This document shows, in pieces, positions 1 to 10,880 of a stretch of 64,000 nucleotides of DNA. The stretch comes from Takakia lepidozioides (taxonomy: Eukaryota > Plantae > Bryophyta). Below the pieces are notes generated by a model. The model saw only the letters and a list, made by a program, of their open reading frames with translations, did not search any database and was not told the DNA's origin. The stretch is from positions 36,394,001 through 36,458,000 of the forward strand of contig CM060732.1 in assembly GCA_030704615.1 (NCBI GenBank), written 5' to 3'. Every line of letters starts with the position of its first letter. Within the stretch, counting starts at the first letter, position 1. The translations under genes were made by a program, and so were the position numbers.

Positions 1-580
1 CAACGGGGACACCTAATCATAGTCATTGATAAGATCGTAGTAAATGACTGCGAATCCATGTCAGCTTCACGTGGAACGGAAGGGATATGCCACGTATCAC
101 GTAAAAGGGAAGGCGACAGGGTCTTTACGACTAGTACATACAACTTCCGCAAATTAACCCCAGGATAACCTGTGGAAAAGACTGGACATGACACGTGGAG
201 TCAAATTATGCAGGATGGGGGTGGTCGTTATGACTGGAACATATGACTTCCATGGTGCACTCTAGTTACTGCACGTAACACGAGTATGGGTGAACACGAG
301 GGGTGAAAGTGGCACGTGGCGGAGGCTCTGTGGATGGGAGATAATCGTGTACATGACCATAATCATGGGCCTAACTCTAGCAGCATTGACATATGAAAGC
401 ACATTTGAAATCAGAACATCGATTCAAATACAATGTGACTTAATGTTCAAAGATTTGTTCTATAATATAATCCGGTGCTGCTACAAAAATGCACAAAGCT
501 GCAAAGTCTATGTAGACTTCCAAATGCCTGAGTAGAAGATGCATACACTGGCATCTCTCGAACTTCAACAATCCACTACC

Positions 581-2131
581 TTAGTGCCTGATTTAATCAA
601 TTGTGCCGCTGCTGATGTGGCTTCCAGTTGACCTTCTACCCATAAAAGTTTCTTGTAGCTATCATTCCACAATGAATCATAGGTAATCTGGAGCTTGAAA
701 ATCCGGCCCTCTTGGATGAATCTGCACCCACACTCTATCCCTGCTCCTTCAGCTATCCATGCCCACGAGGGTATTGTTCAGAATCACATCTGGTACAATT
801 CCAACTTTAATGGTGATGCAACCATGTATCTCTTTGCATGTGTTTTCCAGGGCTGCCAGGCTTGCACACACACTACAAACGCACACAAACATGATGTGGT
901 TGAGCTTCACCCCTTTCCCCATCATTTCCTTTCAAGTCTCCAAAGCCCCATCCCGCGCTCCTGGTCTGCACGCCCTCACCACAAGGGCATATTTCAGAAC
1001 GACATCAATTCAATTTCAGCTTGGACGATGTCACCACGAACCCGTCTTCACTCATTGCCTACTCTACTTAAGTGCAATTATGGGCTAGGTTGATACCACA
1101 TCTCATTCAACCATATTATCAAATTGCATGCCATTTGTATCCTTGTAGTTGTACCCAAGCTTGGCATACATGTCTACTATGGCAACGTTCAGAATCACAT
1201 CAGATACAATACCAGCTTTGACGATATTACCGTGGACCTTTGCACCTTTTTTTAGGGCTGACAGGCTTGCATCTGACATACATATCCACCAAGGCAGTGT
1301 TTAAAGACATCTAGTGGTACAATTCTAGCCAATGTCACCATGGACCTTTACGTCCTTTCCAGGGGTACCAGGCTCGCATTTGACATACATGTACACCAAG
1401 GGAATGTTCAGAAGGACATCAGGTACAATTCCAGCTTTGATGATGTCACCATGAGCCTCTTGGCCTCTTCCCAGGGCTTCTAGGCTCGCATATGCATATT
1501 ACAAACACAAATGTACATGACCTTGTCTGGCTTCATCCTTTCCCACATCATTTGCTCTTAGGTTTCCAAGGCCTTAATCCTACACCCATGCTGCACATAC
1601 CTTGCAATCATGGCACTCCACAACACCACATCTCATTTAGCCATGTTGTCGAACTCTCCCTTCGCATCAGGCTTGCTACACCCACATTTGGCATACATGT
1701 CCACCAGGGCAGTGTTCAGAATGACAACTAGTACAATTTCAGCTTTGACGATGGCACATGGCCAAGAGTTATCCCAATATCCTGCTACCAATGAGTTCAA
1801 TTCATATCCTTGTCATATTGGCAGTATCATGTCAAAGTCACTCCAAACTAGATTCACTCAACAGCTAACTTGCAGAATTCAACATGAAATTTAGGGCCGA
1901 TTCTGATAAGAGGGGAAAACATGATGAAATGTGTTGAAGAATGTGCCTTCATTAGCAGTGCCTGATTTTATCAATTGTGCCGCTGCTGCTGCGGCTTCCA
2001 GTTGACCATCTACCCATGCAGGTTTCTTGTATCTATCCTTCCACAGGGAATCATAGGTAATGTGGAGCTTGAAATCCGGCCCTCTTGGATGAATCTGGAC
2101 TCACACTCTATCCCTGCTCCTTCAACTATCT
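581..2131. repeat. Dispersed direct duplication of ~175 bp (581-758 and 1957-2131) flanking the PPR fragments
   Basis: agtgcctgattt..atcaattgtgccgctgctg...ctctatccctgctccttca.ctatc occurs at both positions with scattered substitutions. Confidence 0.85.
760..1760 (-). pseudogene. Degenerate PLS-class pentatricopeptide repeat (PPR) gene fragments
   Basis: Minus-strand translation of ~760-990 gives ALET*KEMMGKGVKLNHIMFVCVCSVCASLAALENTCKEIHGCITIKVGIVPDVILNNTLV, typical of P/L/S PPR motifs. The related DNA unit (gttcagaa...tacaattccagcttt) recurs near 780, 1190, 1310, 1410 and 1715. Stops and frameshifts throughout. Confidence 0.8.
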
Positions 2132-3107
2132 ATGCCTCTGCACAAAATCATGCATACATCTTTGCCTTCATGCTAGTAGCTGACAATGACAGCCTAGAAT
2201 TGTTCTAGCAAACACCCCCAATTCTACTTATCAACGAGCAACGAGCTAACTTACAGAATTCAATATGCATCTCAGGGCCGAGTCTGGTGAGAGGGCAAAA
2301 CAGGCTGAAATAGGTCGAAGAAGAAGGTGCCCTCACCACATTTTTCTTGACCTTGTGTCATGACCCAACTGAAGTGAATCACACAGCAAATCCCTGTACT
2401 GACATTGCCAAAGGAAAGAAAGTTATACGGGCCCAAGTTTCTGCGCAATGAAGATTGTTACCGTGCGAAGCCCAACCACTTCAACTTCCTCGCCAACCTT
2501 AATTATCCCTTGTTCCACACGCCCTGTGACCACTGTTCCACGCCCCTATACAGTCACATACCCACATGTAGTCTAACATCATCAGCATAACTTCTCTCAC
2601 CCCCAACTCTCTCTCTCTATCTAGGGCTATAAAATTAAAATCAATAACCCTACAACCGGGCTGTCGAGTTTGCAAGCGGAAACGTGCCTATGTGAGTGCC
2701 TTAACGACAATTGCGGGAAAATAAGTTTATATCTGCAGCGCATCGATAAGCTAAACCCGGGTGAGTGCGAACCCCAAAAATGAGTCAGGGAGGGTTATTC
2801 CCAGGGGATTAATGGCGGTACAGCGATGGAATGCCAACTTTCATAGGGAACGGGAGTACATCCTCTCTCTATGTTTCTGTCCAAACTGGCTACAGGGTCT
2901 ATGGCCACAAGGCTGCGGCAAACAAACTTCTACCCACATATCATGGCTCACTGACTAATAGCGAGCTCAGAGCCATGGCTGGGAAACACCTATCGCTAAA
3001 ATAGATGACAAGAAGAGCATATCTTCATCTGGAACCATCCAGAAAATTGAAGATTAAAAGAAGAGAAGCCCTTCACCTAGAAGTTGAACAAAGTGTTCCA
3101 GAATGAA

Positions 3108-3831
3108 TGTCGCGGCCCTTTGCCTTGAGGGCAGGGGGTCGGGTCGCAGAGGGGCTGCCCCTGTGGTGGGGGCGGTGGCAGCAATAGGTACGGGGGGCTA
3201 AAGCAACCTCAAGTGCCCAAGGCACTCGAGGAGGCGGAGGCACTCACTAGGTGGACCCCGCATACCGGGTTGCGGTGGGGGTGGCTCCACAAGGGGTGGT
3301 GGTAGCTTGGTGGGACTTAGTGGGGGTGGCATAGGACTCACCATGGGGGCGGAGACCTTGTGGTGGGAGTCGTGGGGAGTCTTGGGACTCATCACGGTCC
3401 AAGCGGACCATGGTGGGTGGGCCAAGACTCACCGCGACTCATCACCGGGAATCGAGGGTTTTCGTGGTGGTTCGCCATAAAATGCTGGTGTTGTTTGTGA
3501 AACCCCCGCGGACAGTCACAGAAGTATATATAGGGAGTAGTAACCCCGAGAACGGTGCAAGCCCGTTGGTGTCCAAAAACTAGTGAGTAAGTGTGCGAGC
3601 CGGAAATCGACCAAGGTGTGGGGAGCTATTCCGGACTGCCATCGACCAAAGGGAATTTCCACTAGGCCCAAATTGGGAGAGGGTCTAGTGGAGGAGTAAA
3701 GGGGGACCGTTATGTCCCGGTGAGCAGCCGAAGCTCCGAGTTGGCCCGGCGGCCAGTTTGGGAGTTAGGCGTGCGCATCAAGTGAGTAACTATGACTTGA
3801 ATGGGAGCTTACCGAAGTGAGGTGCGCGACA
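3108..3831 (+). repeat. 5' LTR (724 bp)
   Basis: TG...CA termini. Matches 8049-8755 apart from roughly two dozen substitutions counted by eye and an ~18-bp extra segment near 3229-3246. Confidence 0.96.
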
Positions 3832-3833
3832 CT

Positions 3834-3845
3834 TGGTATCAGAGC
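3834..3845 (+). promoter_or_regulatory. Primer binding site complementary to the 3' end of initiator tRNA-Met
   Basis: TGGTATCAGAGC, 2 nt after the 5' LTR end. Confidence 0.95.
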
Positions 3846-4083
3846 TTAGAGTTCAGTACGCGATCGTCCTTGGGATCGGCCTCATCATGGGGTCGGCCAA
3901 GCCAAAGCGAAAACGGAACGGCCCGAAAGATGATGATCCTGGTGAGCCCGATGGGGGCGACGTGTCACCGAAGCGACCATTTGAGGAAGCGATGCATGCC
4001 TTTGGAAGCGAGGCCGCTCAAGGACGGGAGGAATCTGAGGAGTCGGAGTCCGAGGATCTCTGAGAGCTCCGACAGACCAACAA

Positions 4084-4960
4084 ATGTCTCCCATGCCAGC
4101 AGCCTTTTGGGAAGGGTTGTTGGCGCAATTTGGTGGGACGTTGAAAGACGTGTTGAATGCGACTAATGCCACTTCCACTAAGGCAAAGTTTAAGGTAAAG
4201 CCTAAGGAACCCGGCACCTTCGAGGGCGTCCAAAATCGGAAGGCACTCAACACCTGGCTCTTGGAGCTAGAGCAATACTTCCGGGCGGCCAAGTTGGATG
4301 ATGAGGATCGGGTGGAAGTGGCTCCCACCTATTTGAGGGGCTATGCTCAACAATGGTGGCAGAAACGCCTTCACAACCGAGGTCCAAACCTGGAGACCTT
4401 GAACTGGAGTGGGTTCAAGGAACTCATGAAGAGACAGTTTGTGCCCCTCAACGCGTCCTGGCTCGCCCGGGACAAGATGAGGAATTTGAAGCAAACGGAT
4501 GACATTCGAGGATATGTTCAGGCTTTCAATGTGCTGTTGCTCGAAGTCGCGGACATGGCAAAACCAGAAATGGTCTTCAACTTTGTGGCGGGACTGGCCC
4601 CATGGGCCAGACGGAAGTTGGAGGAGAAGCCACCTAAGACTTTGAACGAGGCAATTGAAAGGGCTGAATGTTTCTCGGATGTCCCTAAGGGTGAAAGACA
4701 AGGCCGTACGGAGCTGAACCACAAGAAGGTCCGGCGGGAAGGTGACTCCTTCCGACCGAAAAAGAAGTGGGATAGGCCACGCGGCGACAATGGCACGTGG
4801 AAATCGAAGGGAGGGCCCTCACACATCAAGACGACACCCGGTGCCCCGAAAGGAAAACCAAGTGCGGCGGCTTATGGCGGATAGAAGGCGACCTTCGATG
4901 GAGTGTGCTTTAATTGCGGGGAGCCCGGGCACATGGCCAAGAAGTGTACGAATCCCCGAC
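4084..4960 (+). pseudogene. gag: Retrotransposon Gag, with an in-frame TAG (4882-4884) just before the CCHC zinc knuckle
   Basis: 266-aa ORF with Retrotrans_gag-like sequence (YLRGYAQQWW...WSGFKELMKRQF...LKQTDDIRGYVQAF). The same frame continues *KATFDGVCFNCGEPGHMAKKC. Confidence 0.9.
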
Positions 4961-5106
4961 AATTGAACATGACTCGGGCAACCACGGAGTTATCCGAAGC
5001 CTCCATCAGCCGCTTGGTGGAGGTGGTGGTCGCCAAAACTTGCAAGGTAGGCAACTAGTCTTGTGAGTTGTATCAGGAAACTGGCGCCTTGCGTAAAAGG
5101 AGTCAG

Positions 5107-6024
5107 TTAATGTTTGTGAGTGGGATAATATCCGGAACTAACGTATCGTTGTTGGTGGACACAGGAGCGTCGCACTCCAATTGCAGCACCATGTTGCGCA
5201 AAGCAGACGCAAAACAGTAGACGGTTCGCAGCAGACCACATATATAATAATACTATGATATACAAAAAAACATTATGATTTGCAACAGGGGAAAGTAGTC
5301 GCACGGTTCTGGACCTATAGAGCAGACCACAGCCAGAACAAGTAATGCAGTACCATGTACAGAATAGCAAACCCAAACAGTAGACCGACAGCAGCGGGCC
5401 ACACATACAACACCCAACATAGCATATCACTAATTGCAACCAGGAAATTGAAAGACGCAAATACGGTAGGACGGCAAAAAGAGTGGTTCAAGTACCTGGA
5501 GGCCGTTGTAGTCTTCATCCATGACACCGGCAACGGCACGGAAGCTGGGACTCCCGACAAGTGATGTGGGGGCCTCGATTGAGGTGCGTTTTGCTAAAGA
5601 AGAACCACAATTGGCGACGAGGTTGGCATTCGATGTTCCTCTTCAGTTCGGGAGTTGGGAAGGACGTGAGAACTTCACCATTTGCAGATCGATGGAGTGG
5701 ATCTCATTTTGGGGATGACCTTTTTGAGCAGATCCGGAGCGGTCATAGATGGCCGCAAAAGAGTAGTCACGCTACCGTGTGGGAATGGTGGCAAAGTTTT
5801 ACGAGTGTCCGAAATGCCCAACCCCGTGGGAGGACGAATAAACCTTCTGTCAGCAAGGGAGTGGGCCGTGGAGGAGCCACACGAGCCCCGGTTTTTGCTT
5901 TACGTAAGACAAGTGAAGGAAAAAGGCGATGGGGAGCTGAGCCCGGATTGGATCAAGGGGATTTTGGAGAAATATCAAGATGTGATGCCGGAGGATTTAC
6001 CAAGCGGCTTGCCACCGCGAAGAG
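5107..6024 (+). pseudogene. Aspartic protease and linker, interrupted by a ~340-bp insertion and a frameshift
   Basis: LMFVSGIISGTNVSLLVDTGASHS, then the insert (5179-5520), then MTPATARKLGL...DLILGMTFL...LEKYQDVMPEDLPSGLPPRR. Confidence 0.85.
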
Positions 6025-7143
6025 GGGCTGTTACAACCCTTGCCGATTCCAGAGGGGTCTTGGAAAAGTGTCTCGATGGACTTCATGACTGCTATGCCGC
6101 TGTCAAAAGGATTCGACGCAATCATGGTGGTGGTGGATAGGTTCAGTAAAATGAGTCATTTCATCCCCACCAAGGAGACGGCAACGGCGCAGGAGACGAG
6201 ACGACTTTACTTCGCCCACGTCTTCAAGCATCATGGACTCCCGAAGGATATTGTCTCGGACCGCAATCCAAAGTTTACTAGTAAATTTTGGAGGGTACTT
6301 TGGAAAAAAATGGGGATGAGGCTCAAAATGAGCACCGCCTTCCGACCTACGACGGACGGCCAAACGGAAAGGGTGAATTCCGTGGTGAAGCAGATCTTGC
6401 GGAATTACGTGTCGGCAGACCAATCGGACTGGGTGGAGTACTTGGATGCGGCAGAGTTCTGTTATAATAACACAAAACATTCCGCAACAGGAGTTTCCCC
6501 TTTCGTATTGGTCTATGGAAAAGCACCTCTGGTGCCGACAAGTTGGGCCGCCCAAGACGTTGAGGAACCGGCAACAGCGGCAGTGTTCGAAGAACGCGAG
6601 CGTTTGTTGAAGCTCGCAAAGTACAACATTGCCAAAGCTAGGAAACGGTACGAACGGCAGGCGAATCGGAAGCGGAGGGAGGTTAAGTTTGAGGCAGGCA
6701 CGGTGGTCTGGTCGAACATCAAAAAAATTCGACTACCTCCGGAAGTGAGTCCGAAATTCGTACCTCCGTATGCGGGACCCTTTCGCATCCGGAAGGTTAT
6801 GAATGAGGATGTGTATGAATTGGAGCTGCCGGTAAACAGCAAGGTGCATCCGGTATTCCACGTCTCCCTTTTGAAGCCTTACTTCAAAGATGAAGCGCGT
6901 CCGAATCGGCCTCAAGTGTTGCGTCCACCACCTGTGCTGTTGGATCATGAAAATGAACCTGAGTATGAGGTAGAGGCAGTGCTTAAGTCGAGGAGGTTCA
7001 AGACTCGAGAAACGGAGTATCTCGTGAAATGGAAAGGCTATCATCATGTGGAGACATCTTGGGTGCGTGCCTCAGAAATGGGAAATGCATCCGAGGCGAT
7101 TGCAGCTTTCGAAGGGCGACCTCAAAAGTGGAAGACGCGTTGA
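6025..7143 (+). CDS. Integrase core, GPY/F region and chromodomain (N-terminal zinc finger deleted)
   Basis: GLLQPLPIPEGSWKSVSMDFMT...IVSDRNPKFTS...TDGQTERVN...YAGPF...EYEVEAVLKSRR...YLVKWKGY...SW. Confidence 0.93.
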   Translation, partial: GLLQPLPIPEGSWKSVSMDFMTAMPLSKGFDAIMVVVDRFSKMSHFIPTKETATAQETRRLYFAHVFKHHGLPKDIVSDRNPKFTSKFWRVLWKKMGMRLKMSTAFRPTTDGQTERVNSVVKQILRNYVSADQSDWVEYLDAAEFCYNNTKHSATGVSPFVLVYGKAPLVPTSWAAQDVEEPATAAVFEERERLLKLAKYNIAKARKRYERQANRKRREVKFEAGTVVWSNIKKIRLPPEVSPKFVPPYAGPFRIRKVMNEDVYELELPVNSKVHPVFHVSLLKPYFKDEARPNRPQVLRPPPVLLDHENEPEYEVEAVLKSRRFKTRETEYLVKWKGYHHVETSWVRASEMGNASEAIAAFEGRPQKWKTR

Positions 7144-8048
7144 TGGGGACATCAACCTTAGAGCGTGGGGGAGGAAATGCATGCTTAGCCCGGCTAAGCT
7201 AGCTCAAGAATCCAATTGCAAAAACTTGTATTGTACAAATTTTGTTATAAAAGGAATGGTTTCCAAATGTTGTGCATCATATTTTGTTTGGAATGGTGAT
7301 GCATGGTATGGTTGGCTAGTGTGTAGAATGCATGCTAAGCTTACAAAGTGGGAGAGGTAAATTGGATTAATCGTGTGTTTGTGTAGTGCCGAAATCGGGT
7401 GACTCCTACCCAAGGGGCAAGGAAACTTGCACCTTCGTTAGGAGTTCACGTGCTAGTGCGCACCTGGCGCGTGCGCGTACTATAACTGCGCTACCGAGGG
7501 GGTTGTCTTGTAGTGCGGGCTAATGCGGAAGCTACGTGCTTCCGTTCATGTACTATAATCGTGTAGCCTCGGGACGAAGTCGTAGTGCGGCTTCGGCGTA
7601 TTCCCGTACCTTAGGCCAGCATTCCAAAGCGGACCCAATTGTAGTGATTGAGGCGCACGGCTGGTTCAAGGTTATCTTCCTAGTCAAAAAGGGTTCAAGG
7701 CGAACCCTTGCTCAAGGTGATGCTAAAAGCGACATCACGAGCGGTCGCAAGCAAATGTTGTTGCAGTAAGGCGATTCGATCCTCGGGGAGGATCGATCCT
7801 TGGCCTTGAAGTGGGTCAAGAAGAGTGCACTGGGAGGAGCTTGAGAGGCTCCACCCTTGGCCGGGACTTGGAGGAAGTCGGCTGAACTAGCTAGTGGAGA
7901 GAAGAGTCAAGTGGGGGTTTGGTTCTTAGCCATGGGACGCCATGGTGCGGAAATAAACTCCTTGATGTGGGATGCCACAACTTGGATGTTTGTTTCTACA
8001 AAATGGACAAGTCGATGAGGACATCGACTCCCTGTTGGTAGGGGTGTG

Positions 8049-8755
8049 TGTCGCGGCCCTTTGCCTTGAGGGCAGGGGGTCGGGTCGCAGAGGGCTGCCC
8101 ATGTGGTGGGGGCGGTGGCAGCAATAGGTACGGGGGGGCTGAAGCAACCTCAAGTGCCCAAGGCACTCACTAGGTGGAGCCCCGCACACCGGGTTGTGGT
8201 GGGGGTGGCTCCACAAGGGGTGGTGGTAGCTTGGTGGGACTTAGTAGGGGTGACATAGGACTCACCATGGGGGCGGAGACCTTGTGGTGGGAGTCGTGGG
8301 GAGTCTTGGGACTCATCACGGTCCAAGGGGACCGTGGTGGGTGGGCCAAGACTCACCGCGATTCATTACCGGGAATCGAGGGTTTTCGTAGTGGTTCGCC
8401 ATAAAATGCTGGTGTTGTTTGTGAAACCCCCGCGGACAGTCACAGAAGTATATATAGGGAGTAGTAACCCCGAGAACGGTGCAAGCTCGTTGGTGTCCAA
8501 AAACTAGTGAGTAAACGTGCGAGCCGGAAAGCGACTAAGGTGTGGGGAGCTATTCCGGACTGCCATCAACCAAAGGGAATTTCCACTAGGCCCAAATTGG
8601 GAGAGGGTTTAGTGGAGGAGTAAAGGGGGACCGTTATGTCCCGGTGAGTAGCTGAAGCTCCGAGTTGGCCCGACGGCCAGTTTGGGAGTTAGGCGCGCGC
8701 ATCAAGTGAGTAACTATGACTTGAAGGGGAGCTTACCGAAGTGAGGTGCGCGACA
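8049..8755 (+). repeat. 3' LTR (707 bp)
   Basis: Copy of the 5' LTR, followed by TSD ATGAA. Confidence 0.96.
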
Positions 8756-9080
8756 ATGAACTAAGGGTTGTTGCACTTAAGGAACTGCGAGCCTAGCCTA
8801 GAAGAGACAAATGCATGATGGACAAACTTCTTCATATCGTACATTAAGAAAAAGCCACACCTTGCGATTGCGGTTGTCGCACCATCGTGAAGGATCTTTA
8901 AAAAACTCATGCCAGCTCTGCTCCGTGCTGCGAATTCAGGGCTGAGTCTGATGAGAGGGCAAAACAGGCTAAAATAGGTCGAAGAAGAAAAGTACCCTCA
9001 CCACATTGTCCTCCACCTCGTGTCACGACCCATAGAGGATTCGACTGACCATGAACCCAAACAGACCTCTTGTGTGTGCT

Positions 9081-9317
9081 GGGCAGAACCATGCTACAGT
9101 GGCTCACTTTGTGAAATTTTAAACTAGTCTACTTTCATTTATATCTTTTTTCATAGGAACTTTAAATTAGGTATTACAATTTATTTTTGTTGTCACTCAA
9201 TTTGAGATCACCCAAAAATTGGTTTCCAAACAAAGCTGTTGTGTTTTGAAGATGAAAAATGAGAGTAAGATTAGAGTAGACTGGACAAAAGTGAGCCACT
9301 GTAGCATGCTTCTACCC
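9081..9317. mobile_element. MITE with ~30-bp TIRs (GGG...CCC) and a 4-bp flanking duplication TGCT
   Basis: Left end gggcagaaccatgctacagtggctcacttt. Right end reverse complement gggtagaagcatgctacagtggctcacttt. tgct at 9077-9080 and 9318-9321. Confidence 0.8.
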
Positions 9318-9554
9318 TGCTGCTTGTGTCTGTAATCCAGTAATGTCGGATTGGTCCATAAGAACCACCGCAGTGCAGTTGAGTGAGCAGAGATTGAAAC
9401 ACGACCTGCTAAGACCAAGCTGACTCTCCGAAGAACCTTGTAAACAGCAGGAAGAATACCAAATCATGGTACTAACAGTCGCCAAGAGCCCAGATTTGCA
9501 GGATGGACAAACTTCTTCACGTCGTACATTGAAAAAAAAACCACACCTTGCGAT

Positions 9555-9640
9555 TGCGGTTGTCGGTGGCCAACCGCTTCCCATAGTAGTCGATGGCCAC
9601 ATTGTGCACCACATCTTCATGCCCCGATTCTAGGGTTTGA
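9555..9640 (-). pseudogene. SEC13: Sec13 (COPII/nucleoporin WD40) N-terminal fragment
   Basis: TLESGHEDVVHNVAIDYYGKRLAT resembles plant Sec13 IETGHEDIVHDVQMDYYGKRIAT. The adjacent 9500-9565 segment is partly duplicated at ~8815-8885. Confidence 0.8.
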
Positions 9641-10507
9641 GTCCCTGTCTGCCCCCTATCCCACCAACTCCGCTCGTCGTCTCTCATGATCAGACTCGAC
9701 CCTAAAACAAAACAAACATAGCTCCGCCCTATTCGACGTCTCTCATAATCAGACTCGACACTATAAGAAAGTAAACACAGCTCCGTCCTGTTTGTCATCT
9801 ATCACAATCAAACTCGACACAAAGAAAACAAACAGATGGCAGGGGAGACAAAAAAATGCTAAGTCCCCGCTACTCATGACTGGATGGATGAATGTAGCGA
9901 TAGATGGATGGATTTTGGGTTTTCCATCAATACATCCATCCATTCATTTGTTTTTCCATTTTTTGGCCATTTTAATTTCATCCATTCATCCAAAATAAAT
10001 CTTTAAATGAGTTTCACTGTCAGTTCATCCAATAGCTGCCAGCTCAGTGTTTGCATTATCATTCTTTCCTACGTTCATCCAATAGTTGCCAGCAAGACAT
10101 TTGTGTATCATATGAATTTAGGGACTTTGCATCTCTCTGTCTCAAGCAGTGCGCCTCACTCTCCCCTCGGACGCTTTGGCATAATCGCTTATTCAATCGT
10201 CTCTGCTCAATTCACTACTCTTTCCTGATTCCGAGCGCTTCTGCCACATCTATTTCAAGGTGAACTCGCCCCTCGTCTCTTCTCTGCTTCCCCTTAAGCC
10301 TTCCGCATCAGAAGTGTTAGGTGCTGAGTGAGTAGCGATTGGTGCTAGCTAGCCTCCTCCTTCCTTTTCATGGCATCCAGATGAGCTCCCCCACGTAAAA
10401 AAATATCAGGATCAGGTGGTAGCTCTAGAGGCCGAGGCAGCTAGACGGCCCACTCTTCATCTAACCATGCCCCCTCCATTCTAGGCAAGGGCCCGGAGAT
10501 CACCATC

Positions 10508-10880
10508 TGTAACAGGGTAGAATCTAGAAGGTTCTAGATGGAGGAGGAAAGTTCCCTAGAAGTTTCTAAAATAACTAGGAAGGTTCCTAAGAAGTTTGAC
10601 TTAAGGAAGTTTGACTCGAGGCTCTCAAGTCAAACCTATAAGATATTTAAATTATGGAGAGTAGGTCAAATGTTTGATAAAGTCATATTGTGGAGAATAT
10701 GTCAAACGTAGGAAGGTGACTTTAGGAGGTTTGACTTAAGGCTCTCAAGTCAAACCTTTAAAATAATCATATTGTGAAGGGTATATAAACATGCAATGAA
10801 AGCCTAGAAGGCATCGAGTTGTTTTGGGAAAAAGTTGAAAAGTACTTCTATTCTAGTTTGTGTAGATCTTGGGTGTTACA
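10508..10880 (+). repeat. 5' LTR of the second Gypsy element
   Basis: TGTAACA...TGTTACA inverted termini, a TATA-like tatataaa near 10783, and PBS TGGTATCAGAGC at 10882-10893. Confidence 0.85.

Larger units (their letters stand above)
3108..8755 (+). mobile_element. Ty3/Gypsy chromovirus LTR retrotransposon, bounded but non-autonomous (RT/RNase H deleted)
   Basis: Two LTRs with TGTCGCG...CGCGACA termini. 5-bp TSD ATGAA at 3103-3107 and 8756-8760. Also a tRNA-Met PBS, gag, protease, and integrase with a C-terminal chromodomain. Confidence 0.96.

Noticed and set aside
581-758. KH-domain-like peptide on the minus strand (KLQITYD...EGQLEATSAAAQLIK)
   Set aside because: The resemblance is weak, no GxxG loop is seen, and the frames differ between the two copies.
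3198-3432. Pro-rich ORFs in the LTRs (also 7926-8404)
   Set aside because: Products of G-rich LTR sequence. The frames are not conserved between the two LTRs.
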